NCBI GenBank assembly: GCA_902589965.1
Contig: CACIUX010000001.1
Coordinates: forward strand, 35,526 to 99,525
DNA length: 64,000 nt
From: an uncultured SAR86 cluster bacterium
GTDB lineage: Bacteria > Pseudomonadota > Gammaproteobacteria > Magnimaribacterales > AG-339-G14
Reading direction: 5' to 3'
Each line of letters opens with the position of its first letter. The first letter of the stretch is position 1. Made by a program: the position numbers and the translations under genes. The notes below the pieces were generated by a model that made no database searches, was not told the DNA's origin, and saw only the letters and a list, made by a program, of their open reading frames with translations. Below are positions 36,040-46,001 of the stretch, piece by piece.

Positions 36040-37053
36040 ATGCAACGCTTAAAGTCAATTATCATTAGATTTTTAATATCAATTTTGAGACTGTTCCCTC
36101 CAGAAGCCTCAAGTCTGATAAGCCTCAAATCAATAAATTTTTTATACTCTTTAAATGAAAACATCCTTAAATCCAATATCAACAAGAGGAAGAAAAAAGG
36201 TATAACTTTTAGAGGTTTAAATTTCTCTCATCCTTTAGGCCTGGCAGCTGGATTTGATAAGGAGGGCAAATATTTTCATGCTTTAGGTTCAATTGGATTT
36301 AGCTTTGTAGAAGTCGGAACCTTCACTCCTAAACCGCAAAAAGGAAATGATAAGCCAAGAATAAAAAGAATTTTGGAGCATAATTCTTTAATAAACAGAC
36401 TTGGCTTTAATAATCCCGGTATAGATGCAGGATTGACAAATATAAAATATTTGAAAAAAAATTATGCTGGTGTACTGGGCATAAGTATAGGTAAGAATAA
36501 ATTTACTTCCCTGGATGAGGCTCATAGAGATTATGTTTTTTGCCTAAGAAAATCTTATGAATTGGCTGATTATATAGCCATTAATATTTCATCTCCTAAT
36601 ACTATAGATCTGAGGCAATTATCATCAAAAGATTACATAGATAACCTTTTAGAAAATCTTTTTGAAGAGTTAGAAAAATTAGTAAAAACCCATAAAAAAA
36701 TAGTTCCAATTTTTTTGAAACTATCTCCTGATGAAAATAGTGCTGAATTGAAAAGAATAATCAACGTCTCAATAGAAAGAGGAGTTGCTGGATTTATAAT
36801 TTCTAATTCAATGGCAGGGAATTATCAAAATATTCAAGGTGGTATTTCTGGGGAATTATTAAGGGAAAGATCTATTGAAGCTTTAAAAATAGCCAATAGC
36901 ATTATTACTAAAAAGCATCTGTTGATATCCTCTGGCGGAATTTCAAGAAAATCTGATCTTGAAGAAAGATTAGATAATGGAGCAAGTCTTGCGCAAATTT
37001 ATACCGGATTTGTTTACAAGGGACCAAGCATTCTTGAAGAATTATTAAATTAG
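36040..37053 (+). CDS. pyrD: dihydroorotate dehydrogenase (quinone), class 2
   Basis: GLAAGFDKEGK, GFSFVEVGTFTPKPQKGNDKPRI, NRLGFNNPG, INISSPNT, ISSGGI. ATG 36040 gives 338 aa, typical for class 2 PyrD. Confidence 0.9.
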   Translation: MQRLKSIIIRFLISILRLFPPEASSLISLKSINFLYSLNENILKSNINKRKKKGITFRGLNFSHPLGLAAGFDKEGKYFHALGSIGFSFVEVGTFTPKPQKGNDKPRIKRILEHNSLINRLGFNNPGIDAGLTNIKYLKKNYAGVLGISIGKNKFTSLDEAHRDYVFCLRKSYELADYIAINISSPNTIDLRQLSSKDYIDNLLENLFEELEKLVKTHKKIVPIFLKLSPDENSAELKRIINVSIERGVAGFIISNSMAGNYQNIQGGISGELLRERSIEALKIANSIITKKHLLISSGGISRKSDLEERLDNGASLAQIYTGFVYKGPSILEELLN

Positions 37054-37091
37054 ATTGACAAAAAATAATTTTTACAACAATACTAAAAAAG

Positions 37092-39578
37092 ATGAAAAAT
37101 TTAGTAATAGTAGAATCTCAAGCAAAAGCAAAAAAAATACAAGGATTTCTTGAAAAAGGTTTTCCTTCAGTTTCTTGGAAAGTTCATGCTTGTTTGGGGC
37201 ATGTAAGAGACCTAAAAGATGACGAATCTGCAGTAGATCCAAAAGATTGGAATAATTTAAAATGGGAATCAACCTCCAAAGGAAAGAAAACATTAAAGGA
37301 GATAAGAGAGCTTTCAAAAGATTCAGAAGGCATATATCTTGCTTCTGATCCAGATAGGGAAGGAGAAGCAATTGCATGGCATATTTTAGATCATCTAAAA
37401 GATAAAAAACTAATCAATGGTAAGCAAATTTATCGAATTTCATTTAATGAAATAACTCCTACTGCAATAAAGCTTGCAGTAGAGAATCCAAGAGATATAG
37501 ATCAATTCCTCGTGGAAGCTTATTTGGCTAGGAGAGTCTTAGATCATTTAATTGGATTCAAAGTCAGCCCTCTATTATGGAGGCATGTCCCTAGAGCAAA
37601 ATCAGCAGGAAGAGTTCAATCTCCTACATTGAGGATGATCTGTTCTCGAGAAGATGAAATTGATGCTTTTTGTCCAGAGGAATTTTGGCCTCTTAAGGTA
37701 GATTTCAAGACTGAAGATTGTTCTTTCAGCTCCGACTTAATAAAACATAACGGAGAAGATTTAAAAAAAGTACCCATAACTACTGAGATCGAAGCTTTAA
37801 ATCTAAAGTATGAGATAGAGAATACAAAATTTGCTATCAAAGAAATAAAAGAAAAGGAAGTTTCATATTCTCCTAAGGCTCCATTTAGAACATCAACACT
37901 TCAACAGGCAGCATCAAGCAAATTATTTTTTAATCCAGAGAGAACAATGCAAGTTGCTCAATCATTATATGAGTCTGGCTTGATTACATACATGAGAACA
38001 GATGGGATTGGAATAAGCGCTGAAATTGTAAATGAAATAAGAGGCTTAATATTGGCAGATTTTGGAGAAGATTATCTTCCAGAGAGTCCAAAGATTTATA
38101 AATCAAAGGCTGCTAATGCTCAAGAAGCACACGAACCAATAAGACCAACCGACATAAGAAATAAACCTGAAAATACTGATGGATTAAATCAAGATCAACA
38201 GAATCTATACAATTTAATTTGGCAAAGAACAGTAGCTAGCCAATTGCAAAACTCTAAATATCTCAGAAAGACCATTTTGATTGAGGATCAAGACAAAAAG
38301 TTTCAACTAAGGACAAGTGGGAGAGAAATGATATTTGATGGTTTTGAGAAAGTATTGAAAGATGATGCTGATTCAGAGGAATCTCAAAAATTAAAAGGAA
38401 TCAATGATGATTCAGATTTAGGCATAACTGAAATTATCACTGAACAAAAATTTACTTCTCCTCCAAGAAGATTTTCAGAAGCATCATTAATTAAAAATAT
38501 GGAAGATGAAGGTATTGGAAGACCCTCGACTTATGCAAACACTGTAAAAAATCTTAGAGACAGAAAATATACTTTTGGCGCAAAAAGCATTAATCCCTCT
38601 GATTTGGGAAGGATTTTGATATCTTACTTATCAAAAGCATATGAGTCCTTCTTTATAGAAATAGACTTTACTGCAGAATTGGAGAAAAGCCTGGACCAAG
38701 TATCTTCAGGTTCAATGCTTTGGACAGATGTGCTTGATGATTTTTTTGCCAAACTTATGCAACATATTTCTAGAATAGAAGAATTTAGGACTAGAGAAGT
38801 TTTAGATATGCTGAATGAGCAAATTGGGTATAGGGCTTTTCCAAAAAATGCTAAAGGAGAGGTTAAAGATAATTGTCCTAAATGTTCAAATGAAATAAGT
38901 ATTAAACATGGCAGATGGGGGTTCTTTGTTGGTTGTGGGGAATGTCAATGGACAAAGCCAGTATTTGAGAAATCAATAAAATTTGAGACATACGCTCAGC
39001 TTCCAAAAGATCTTGGAGTTCATCCTGATACAAATGAGCCTGTTTATGCAGATATAAGCATAAATGGTCCATGCATATGGACATTAAAAGAAGATAAAAA
39101 AATTTTTGGCACTCCTGATGAGGATGAAGATATTCTCAACATCGGACTTAATAGAGCACTTGAGCTGATTGATAGATCAAATAAAGAAAATGTTTTATTT
39201 ATTGAACCAAATAGTGGTATTCCAGTGACTTTGAAAAATGGAAGATTTGGAGAGTATACAGAATTTAATGGATTTAATAAGGCTACCAAACTCAAGGGAA
39301 GAGTCACTTACGACCCTGATGCTTTCAATTATCAGGATGAAGGTGATCGAATCAAGGTTTTGAAATCTCTGAGAATCTTAGGTTTTGAAGAAGAATCTAG
39401 GATACCGATTGGAGTAAAAATTAAAAAATTGGGAAAAGCGTTTAAATTCAAAAAAGTCTTTAAATTTGGCGAAGATGAATTTGAATGTCCAGATAATTTT
39501 TATAAGCTTGATGAGGATGAACAAAGAGAATTGGTAATAGAAGCTATTAAGCCAAAGAAAGTATTTTTTCTAGAATAA
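37092..39578 (+). CDS. topA: DNA topoisomerase I
   Basis: Toprim LVIVESQAKAKKI...GHVRDL...LASDPDREGEAIAWH. Active-site region YMRTDG. One C4 zinc ribbon (CPKC...CGEC), then GRFGEY-type C-terminal repeats. Confidence 0.9.
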   Translation: MKNLVIVESQAKAKKIQGFLEKGFPSVSWKVHACLGHVRDLKDDESAVDPKDWNNLKWESTSKGKKTLKEIRELSKDSEGIYLASDPDREGEAIAWHILDHLKDKKLINGKQIYRISFNEITPTAIKLAVENPRDIDQFLVEAYLARRVLDHLIGFKVSPLLWRHVPRAKSAGRVQSPTLRMICSREDEIDAFCPEEFWPLKVDFKTEDCSFSSDLIKHNGEDLKKVPITTEIEALNLKYEIENTKFAIKEIKEKEVSYSPKAPFRTSTLQQAASSKLFFNPERTMQVAQSLYESGLITYMRTDGIGISAEIVNEIRGLILADFGEDYLPESPKIYKSKAANAQEAHEPIRPTDIRNKPENTDGLNQDQQNLYNLIWQRTVASQLQNSKYLRKTILIEDQDKKFQLRTSGREMIFDGFEKVLKDDADSEESQKLKGINDDSDLGITEIITEQKFTSPPRRFSEASLIKNMEDEGIGRPSTYANTVKNLRDRKYTFGAKSINPSDLGRILISYLSKAYESFFIEIDFTAELEKSLDQVSSGSMLWTDVLDDFFAKLMQHISRIEEFRTREVLDMLNEQIGYRAFPKNAKGEVKDNCPKCSNEISIKHGRWGFFVGCGECQWTKPVFEKSIKFETYAQLPKDLGVHPDTNEPVYADISINGPCIWTLKEDKKIFGTPDEDEDILNIGLNRALELIDRSNKENVLFIEPNSGIPVTLKNGRFGEYTEFNGFNKATKLKGRVTYDPDAFNYQDEGDRIKVLKSLRILGFEEESRIPIGVKIKKLGKAFKFKKVFKFGEDEFECPDNFYKLDEDEQRELVIEAIKPKKVFFLE

Positions 39579-39580
39579 AG

Positions 39581-40183
39581 CTAATTATAATTTCTTAGAA
39601 CACCGAGACATTTTCCTTCTATGTCAAAGCTTTCAATAGAAGGATTGATTTCAATATCTTTGTAGTTTTTATTTTCAGGCCTCAAAATAACTTTTCTTTT
39701 ATCTAAGTGAAAGAGTGTCTTAACTGTTACATCATCATTTATCCTAGCAACAACAATATCGCCAGGTTTAACGTCTTTCCTCTTATTTATTGCAATAAGA
39801 TCACCTTCAACAATGCCTACTTCATTCATGCTATCGCCTTTTACTCTCAAAAAATAGTCAACAGAATCAGAAAAGATATTACCGTTAAATTCAATTCTTT
39901 CTTCAACGTTTTCAACTGCTAATAAAGGAGAACCTGCCGCAACAGAACCAACTATGGGGATTCCTAGGAAAGATTTATTTATAGATATCCCTCGGGAAGT
40001 GCCACCTTGAAGATCAATATACCCCTTTTTATCAAGAGCTTTGAGATGCTCTTCAGCTGAATTGGCTGATTTGAAGCCAAATTTCAAAGCTATTTCTTTT
40101 CTTGTTGGAGGCATACCTTCATTAGAAATTACCTCTGAGATAAAGGTTAAAATTTCAGATTGTCTCTTTGTTAAGCTTTTCAT
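39581..40183 (-). CDS. lexA: LexA repressor
   Basis: N-terminal wHTH LTKRQSEILTFISE, cleavage-site region VAAGSP, S24 peptidase GDSM and KR residues. 200 aa. A perfect SOS box lies immediately upstream. Confidence 0.95.
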   Translation of the reverse strand: MKSLTKRQSEILTFISEVISNEGMPPTRKEIALKFGFKSANSAEEHLKALDKKGYIDLQGGTSRGISINKSFLGIPIVGSVAAGSPLLAVENVEERIEFNGNIFSDSVDYFLRVKGDSMNEVGIVEGDLIAINKRKDVKPGDIVVARINDDVTVKTLFHLDKRKVILRPENKNYKDIEINPSIESFDIEGKCLGVLRNYN

Positions 40184-40184
40184 A

Positions 40185-40200
40185 CTGTGTATTTATACAG
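40185..40200 (-). promoter_or_regulatory. LexA (SOS) box CTGT-N8-ACAG
   Basis: The plus strand reads CTGTGTATTTATACAG, within the 20-bp palindrome-like TACTGTGTATTTATACAGTA at 40183-40202. It ends 1 nt from the lexA ATG. Confidence 0.85.
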
Positions 40201-40219
40201 TATAAATTGGAAAAATCAA
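40191..40219 (-). promoter_or_regulatory. putative sigma70 promoter of lexA (-35 TTGATT, 16-nt spacer, -10 TATAAA(T))
   Basis: The minus strand reads TTGATT-TTTCCAATTTATACTG-TATAAA-TACACAGT-ATG. The -10 element lies inside the SOS box and only 8 nt separate it from the start codon. Confidence 0.5.
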
Positions 40220-40285
40220 AAAAACTATATATAATTTTTTTACAAATTTACTTTTTTTTATAATTTTAGGTTATATAATAAAAAC

Positions 40286-41260
40286 ATGAAATTTCAACAA
40301 TTACTATATGTGCGTGAAGTAGCTAGAAGTAATTTAAATGTTTCTCAGGCTTCAAAAAATCTCTACACCTCTCAACCTGGAATTAGTAAGCAAATAAAAC
40401 TGCTTGAGGAAGAATTAGGAATTGAGTTATTCGAGAGATCCGGAAAGCATTTGGTCGCCATAACCCCCATTGGCAAAAGAATACTGGAACAGATTGAAGA
40501 AATCCTTGCTCTTGTAGATGGAATAAAACATGCTGCAACAGAGTTTTCTAACGAGGATTATGGTTCTTTGGCTATTGCAACAACGCATACTCAAGCTAAA
40601 TTTACCCTGCCACCTGTGGTTGATAAATTTGTTAAAAAATATCCAAATGTCTCATTTCAAATGAATCAATGTACTCCAGATGAATCAGTAGAGATGGCAG
40701 CCAAAGGCGAAGTAGATCTAGCAATTTGGACTGAAACATCTGAAAAAGGTGAAACATTAATTAAACTACCTGCCTACAAATGGTCCAGGAGCTTAATAGT
40801 ACCCAAAGGTCATCCTCTAGCTGAAGTAACTAAACCAAAACTTAAACATTTAGCTGAATTTCCCATAGTTACATATGTTTTTGGATTTACAGGTAGCAAT
40901 GACCTAGACAGAGCTTTTTTTGAAAGGGGTTTGAAAGCAAATGTAGTCTTTACAGCTACGGATGCCGATGTAATTAAGACATACGTCAAACAAGGAATTG
41001 GAGTTGGAATAATTGCCTCTATGGCTTTTAACGAACTTGAAGACAAAGACCTTGTAGCAATTAACGCTAATCACCTGTTTGATTCAGGGACTACTTACAT
41101 TGGCTTTAGAAGGGGCACGTATCTCAGGAGTCATTTATATGAGTTTATTCAGATGTTTGCTCCTCATCTTAAAACAGAATTAATTGCAAAAGCTTGCGCA
41201 ACCAAATCAAAAAAGGAATTAGACAAAATATTCGAATCCATAAAACTCATCAGGAGATAA
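40286..41260 (+). CDS. cysB: LysR-family transcriptional regulator, CysB-like
   Basis: The N-terminus MKFQQLLYVREVARSNLNVSQASKNLYTSQPGISKQIKLLEEELGIELFERSGKHL closely parallels E. coli CysB as I recall it. 324 aa. Confidence 0.8.
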   Translation: MKFQQLLYVREVARSNLNVSQASKNLYTSQPGISKQIKLLEEELGIELFERSGKHLVAITPIGKRILEQIEEILALVDGIKHAATEFSNEDYGSLAIATTHTQAKFTLPPVVDKFVKKYPNVSFQMNQCTPDESVEMAAKGEVDLAIWTETSEKGETLIKLPAYKWSRSLIVPKGHPLAEVTKPKLKHLAEFPIVTYVFGFTGSNDLDRAFFERGLKANVVFTATDADVIKTYVKQGIGVGIIASMAFNELEDKDLVAINANHLFDSGTTYIGFRRGTYLRSHLYEFIQMFAPHLKTELIAKACATKSKKELDKIFESIKLIRR

Positions 41261-41261
41261 T

Positions 41262-41861
41262 TTGGATTATTTGTGCCTGGATTTTGAAGGAGTTTTAATT
41301 CCTGAAATATGGCAAGAAGTCTCTAAAGTAACTGGTATTAAAGATCTTATGCTAACTACACAAGATCTTGAAAGCTACGAAGAACTGATGGACATTCGCC
41401 TAAAGTTAGTTTCCGATAACAATATTACTTTTCATGACATCATGGAAATTGTTGAAGAGATGGAACCTATGGAAGGTGCTGCTGATTTTTTGTCTTGGGC
41501 CAGACAAAATTTTCAAGTATCCATTATTTCAGATACCTTCTATGAATTATGTTGGCCATTAGTAAGAAAATTAAACTATCCTCATGTGATTTGTCATCAT
41601 CTAGAGCTCAATGGTTCAAAAATTACTGGCTATAAACTGAAACAAGATAACAATAAACAAAAGGTCATTGAAGCAATCAAAGAAACTATGAAATTCAAAG
41701 TTTTTGCTGCAGGAGATTCTTACAACGACATTAATATGTTGAATACTGCAGATCATGGTTTCTTTTTTCAAGCTCCTTCACACATTAAAGAAAAATATCC
41801 ACACTTAGAAACTATAAAAGATCATAACGAACTTAAGAGTAAGTTAGAGAACTACTTATGA
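41262..41861 (+). CDS. thrH: HAD-family phosphoserine phosphatase/homoserine phosphotransferase ThrH-like
   Basis: CLDFEGVLIPEIW...ISDTFYEL...AAGDSYNDINML aligns by eye with P. aeruginosa ThrH. TTG start. cysB-thrH proximity is also present in Pseudomonas as I recall. Confidence 0.7.
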   Translation: MDYLCLDFEGVLIPEIWQEVSKVTGIKDLMLTTQDLESYEELMDIRLKLVSDNNITFHDIMEIVEEMEPMEGAADFLSWARQNFQVSIISDTFYELCWPLVRKLNYPHVICHHLELNGSKITGYKLKQDNNKQKVIEAIKETMKFKVFAAGDSYNDINMLNTADHGFFFQAPSHIKEKYPHLETIKDHNELKSKLENYL

Positions 41862-42715
41862 GCTGGGAAAAATTAATAAAAGAAAACAAACCTCTTGTTA
41901 TAACAGGCACAATAAATGCTTATTCCGCTCTTTTAGCTGAAAGGGCAGGCATTAAAGCTATTTATCTTTCAGGAGGCGGAGTTGCTAATGCCAGTTACGG
42001 ACTTCCTGACTTGGCTATGACCTCAAGAGAAGATGTATTAGAAGATGTCAGAAGAATAAGATCTGCCTCGGAACTTCCCATGTTAGTGGATATTGATACA
42101 GGTTGGGGTTCTGCATTGAGTATTTCTAGGACTATCAAAGAGATGATATCCGCGGGAGCATCAGGTGTTCACATTGAAGATCAAGTTAGTGAAAAAAGGT
42201 GCGGTCACAGACCTAATAAAGAAATAGTTAGTTCAGAAGAAATGGTCGATAGAATCAAATCAGCAAAGGACGCGCAGACAGATGACAATTTTTTGCTTAT
42301 GGCAAGAACAGATGCGTTTGCCAAAGGCGGATTACAAGAAGTTATTGATAGATCAAATGCTTTTATCGAGGCGGGAGCGGGAGCTATATTTCCAGAGGCA
42401 ATTTCAACGCTCAAAGATTATGAGGAGATCTCAAAAAATGTTTCCAAGCCCATATTGGCTAATATTACTGAGTTTGGTATGACTCCTCTTTTTTCACATG
42501 ATGATCTTGCTGATGCAGGTGTAAAGATTGTTCTGCATCCTTTATCCGCTTTCAGAGCTATGTCCAAAGCTGCAGAAAAAGTATATGCTACTCTTGCTTC
42601 TGGTGGGGACCATGAAGGTTTGCTGGATAAAATGCAAACAAGAGATGAATTGTATGATGTCCTGGACTATCATATGTACGAAGAGAAAATTGATAAACTT
42701 TTCGAAAAAAAATAA
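41858..42715 (+). CDS. prpB: methylisocitrate lyase
   Basis: ICL/PEP-mutase family with EDQVSEKRCGHRPNKEIV. Lies next to prpC and prpD. ATGA overlap with thrH. Confidence 0.9.
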   Translation: MSWEKLIKENKPLVITGTINAYSALLAERAGIKAIYLSGGGVANASYGLPDLAMTSREDVLEDVRRIRSASELPMLVDIDTGWGSALSISRTIKEMISAGASGVHIEDQVSEKRCGHRPNKEIVSSEEMVDRIKSAKDAQTDDNFLLMARTDAFAKGGLQEVIDRSNAFIEAGAGAIFPEAISTLKDYEEISKNVSKPILANITEFGMTPLFSHDDLADAGVKIVLHPLSAFRAMSKAAEKVYATLASGGDHEGLLDKMQTRDELYDVLDYHMYEEKIDKLFEKK

Positions 42716-42721
42716 ATAACA

Positions 42722-43846
42722 ATGGCTGAAAAGAAACTAGAGGGTGCTGGCCTTCGTGGACAGGTAGCTGGACAAACAGCTCTCTCAACCGTAGGAAAAG
42801 AAGGAAAAGGTCTTACTTATAGAGGTTACGCAATTGAGGAACTTTCTGAGAAAGCTTCATTTGAAGAGGTTGCCTATATGCTTCTGTATGGGAATTTGCC
42901 TAACCAATCAGAGCTTAGCAATTACAAGAAAAAACTAAAAAAATACAGAGAGCTTCCGTCAGAATTAAAAAAAGTACTTGAACTGATTCCAGCATCTGCT
43001 CATCCAATGGATGTTCTTAGAACAGGTTGTTCTTTTCTGGGAAACATAGAACCAGAAGGAGACTTTTCAAATCAAACCGATATTGCCGATAGATTAATAT
43101 CTATATTTCCATCAGTTGTCTGTTATTGGTATCGCTATTCGCACGATGGAGCCTCTATAGAAACCGCTACAGATCATGACTCCATAGGAGGCCATTTTCT
43201 CTCAATGCTTACGGGGAAAGAACCAAGTGAAGATGACGCAAGATGTTTAGATGTTTCTTTAATTCTCTACGCTGAACACGGTTTCAATGCCTCGACCTTT
43301 ACTGCAAGAACTTGTGCCTCAACTTTATCCGATCTTCATTCATGCATTACTGGCGCTATTGGTACTCTTAGAGGACCTTTGCATGGAGGGGCTAACGAAG
43401 CTGCAATGGAAATGATTGAGAAATTTTCTTCTAGAGAAGAGGCTAATGCTGGCGTGAAAAAGATGCTTGAGGCTAAAGAGAAAATAATGGGATTCGGTCA
43501 CGCGGTATATTCAACTGAAGATCCAAGAAGCGATATTATCAAGTCTTGGGCAAAAAAATTAAGCAAGCAGAATGGCGATGATACTCTTTACCAAGTTTCC
43601 GAAGAGATTGATAAGGTCATGGATGAAGAAAAAAATCTTTTTCCAAATACTGATTTTTATATGGCTTCTGCCTACTCGTATTTAGGCATTCCTACAAAAA
43701 TTTTTACTCCCTTATTTGTCATAGGCAGAACCTCTGGTTGGTCTGCAAACGTCATAGAGCAAAGAGCTGATAATAGGATTATCCGACCTAGCGAAGAATA
43801 CATTGGCCCTGAAAAATCTGATTGGGTCGATATAGAAAATAGATAA
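42722..43846 (+). CDS. prpC: 2-methylcitrate synthase
   Basis: Citrate synthase family (LILYAEHGFNASTF, GPLHGGANE, MGFGHAVY). Lies between prpB and prpD. Confidence 0.9.
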   Translation: MAEKKLEGAGLRGQVAGQTALSTVGKEGKGLTYRGYAIEELSEKASFEEVAYMLLYGNLPNQSELSNYKKKLKKYRELPSELKKVLELIPASAHPMDVLRTGCSFLGNIEPEGDFSNQTDIADRLISIFPSVVCYWYRYSHDGASIETATDHDSIGGHFLSMLTGKEPSEDDARCLDVSLILYAEHGFNASTFTARTCASTLSDLHSCITGAIGTLRGPLHGGANEAAMEMIEKFSSREEANAGVKKMLEAKEKIMGFGHAVYSTEDPRSDIIKSWAKKLSKQNGDDTLYQVSEEIDKVMDEEKNLFPNTDFYMASAYSYLGIPTKIFTPLFVIGRTSGWSANVIEQRADNRIIRPSEEYIGPEKSDWVDIENR

Positions 43847-43853
43847 ACTTCTT

Positions 43854-45299
43854 ATGTCTTCAAACGTAGATCAAAATGTACGTCCAGATTTTGATGAATT
43901 AATTCAAAAGATTTCTGACTACTCGCAAAGCGATACTGAGTTTAATGACCTTGCCATGGAAACAGCAAGACATTGCTTGATGGATACATTGGGTTGTGGT
44001 CTTCTTGCGCTTACTTTTGATGACTGTAAAAAAATGCTTGGTCCTTTTGCAGATGATGTAAAAGTTAAAAATGGCGTGAGAGTTCCTGGAACAAGTTTTA
44101 TTCTTGATCCCGTTAAAGGTGCTTGGGATATCGGGGCGATTATAAGGTGGTTAGATTTCAACGATACATGGCTAGCTGCTGAATGGGGCCATCCATCAGA
44201 TAATTTAGGTGGAATTTTGGCTGGAGCTGACTATATCTCTCAGCAAAATAGAGAAAAAAATAAAGAACCTCTCAAGATGAAGGCTGTTTTAGAAAGCATG
44301 ATTAAGGCGCATGAAATTCAAGGAGTTTTAGCAATAAAAAATAGCTTTAATCGAGTGGGTCTTGATCACGTTCTACTAGTCAAACTAGCCTCCACATCTG
44401 TGATAGCAAAATTATTTGGACTCACTAAAGAACAATCTTTAGATGCAATTTCACAAGTTTTTGTTGATGGTCAAAGTTTAAGAACTTATCGTCACGCACC
44501 TAACGCCGGCCCAAGGAAATCTTGGGCAGCCGGAGATGCTACCAGCAGAGCAATGCAATTAGTTTTGTTTACCATGAGAGGTCAAATCGGGTATCCAAGT
44601 GCCATTACAGCAAAGACATGGGGTTTCCAAGATGTCTTATTTGAAGGTAAAGATTTGATTATCGAACAAGACCTTAATTCTTACGTAATGGAAAACGTTT
44701 TATTTAAAATTTCATTTCCAGCTGAATTTCATGCTCAGACTGCAGTTGAAGCGGCCGTAAAACTTCATCCAGAAATCATTGATAAATTGGATGAAATTGA
44801 ACAAATCAAAATCACGACTCATGAGTCAGCAATTCGAATTATCAGCAAAGAAGGTAAATTGAATAATCCAGCTGATAGAGATCATTGTCTCCAATATATG
44901 ACAGCTATTGGATTATTGAAGGGAGATCTAGTTGCTGAGGATTATGAAGATGATGTTGCCAGCGATCCTAGAATTGATGAGTTGAGAAAGAAAATGCTGA
45001 TTGAAGAGGATGAAAGATATTCAGCTGAGTATCATGAACCCGATAAAAGATCTATTTCTAATGCATTGCAAATCATTTTTAAAGACGGAAGTTCAACAGA
45101 TAAGATTGAGGTTGAATATCCAATTGGCCATAAATTCAGGCGAGAAGAGGGTATTCCAATTCTCTTAGAAAAATTCAAAAGAAATCTGTTAACTCAGTTT
45201 GATGAAGAAAAATCAAACCAGATATTTGAGTTATGTCAGGATAAAGAGAAGCTTCTGGATACTCCTGTAGATGAATTCATGAAGATGTTAGCTAAATAA
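43854..45299 (+). CDS. prpD: 2-methylcitrate dehydratase
   Basis: MmgE/PrpD family, 481 aa, directly after prpBC. Confidence 0.85.
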   Translation: MSSNVDQNVRPDFDELIQKISDYSQSDTEFNDLAMETARHCLMDTLGCGLLALTFDDCKKMLGPFADDVKVKNGVRVPGTSFILDPVKGAWDIGAIIRWLDFNDTWLAAEWGHPSDNLGGILAGADYISQQNREKNKEPLKMKAVLESMIKAHEIQGVLAIKNSFNRVGLDHVLLVKLASTSVIAKLFGLTKEQSLDAISQVFVDGQSLRTYRHAPNAGPRKSWAAGDATSRAMQLVLFTMRGQIGYPSAITAKTWGFQDVLFEGKDLIIEQDLNSYVMENVLFKISFPAEFHAQTAVEAAVKLHPEIIDKLDEIEQIKITTHESAIRIISKEGKLNNPADRDHCLQYMTAIGLLKGDLVAEDYEDDVASDPRIDELRKKMLIEEDERYSAEYHEPDKRSISNALQIIFKDGSSTDKIEVEYPIGHKFRREEGIPILLEKFKRNLLTQFDEEKSNQIFELCQDKEKLLDTPVDEFMKMLAK

Positions 45300-45951
45300 T
45301 TTTTTCGCTACTAATCTCTAAATATTCACAAAGTTTTTTAATCGATTCAATATGATCAACAACTTTTATGGTGGTCATCCCTAAAGCTTTTGCTGGTTTG
45401 AGATTAATTCCCAGATCGTCAAGAAAAATTACCTCTGCAGGGTCACATCCTGTTGTCGTAAGAGCGATTTCATAAAATTTATCCTCTGGTTTTCTGACTC
45501 CAACTTCTCTTGATTCAATTATGTAGTCAAACAATCCAAGGATTCTTTTCCTCTCTTGATTGTTGTTATCAAGGGCTGACTTATCTTCGTTTGCATTAAA
45601 ATTATTTGTCAAACAAGCCAACAAAAACGACTCTTCCTTAAGTATTTCAAGCATCTTTACCATTTCAGGAACAACACTACCTTGCAAAAGCTCAAGAATT
45701 TTGGATCCCTTAATTTTAAAGCCTAGATTTTCGCTTTCTAAGGCAAATAATTTATCAAACTCTTCCAAAGATATTTTTGAGGACTCTAGTTTTGCCCATG
45801 CATTTTCGTAAGGATTTGTTGAATTAACTCTTCTGATAAAATCTTTTGGCAAATTATTTTCTTTCTCAAAGCTAGAAAAAGCTTGGAAAGGACTTGAAGT
45901 TATTACTCCACCAAAATCCCAAAATACAGCCTTAAATTTTTTGTCTATCAT
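45292..45951 (-). CDS. HAD-superfamily hydrolase (epoxide hydrolase N-terminal-like phosphatase subfamily)
   Basis: Motif I AVFWDFGGVIT, motif III/IV region VIFLDDLGINLKPAKALGMTT. ATG 45951 is preferred because the longest ORF would run into aroC. Confidence 0.7.
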   Translation of the reverse strand: MIDKKFKAVFWDFGGVITSSPFQAFSSFEKENNLPKDFIRRVNSTNPYENAWAKLESSKISLEEFDKLFALESENLGFKIKGSKILELLQGSVVPEMVKMLEILKEESFLLACLTNNFNANEDKSALDNNNQERKRILGLFDYIIESREVGVRKPEDKFYEIALTTTGCDPAEVIFLDDLGINLKPAKALGMTTIKVVDHIESIKKLCEYLEISSEKII

Positions 45952-46001
45952 TTCAGTTTTTAAAGGGTATAAGCGTATAATCGTGCAGTTTATTTTAAGC
46001 A

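Noticed and set aside
38860-39578. Topoisomerase I C-terminal region with a single C4 zinc ribbon plus GRFGEY-type repeats, considered as a possibly unusual architecture
   Set aside because: The number of zinc ribbons in TopA C-terminal domains varies widely among bacteria. The N-terminal catalytic domains are canonical, so I do not consider this noteworthy without a proper domain comparison.
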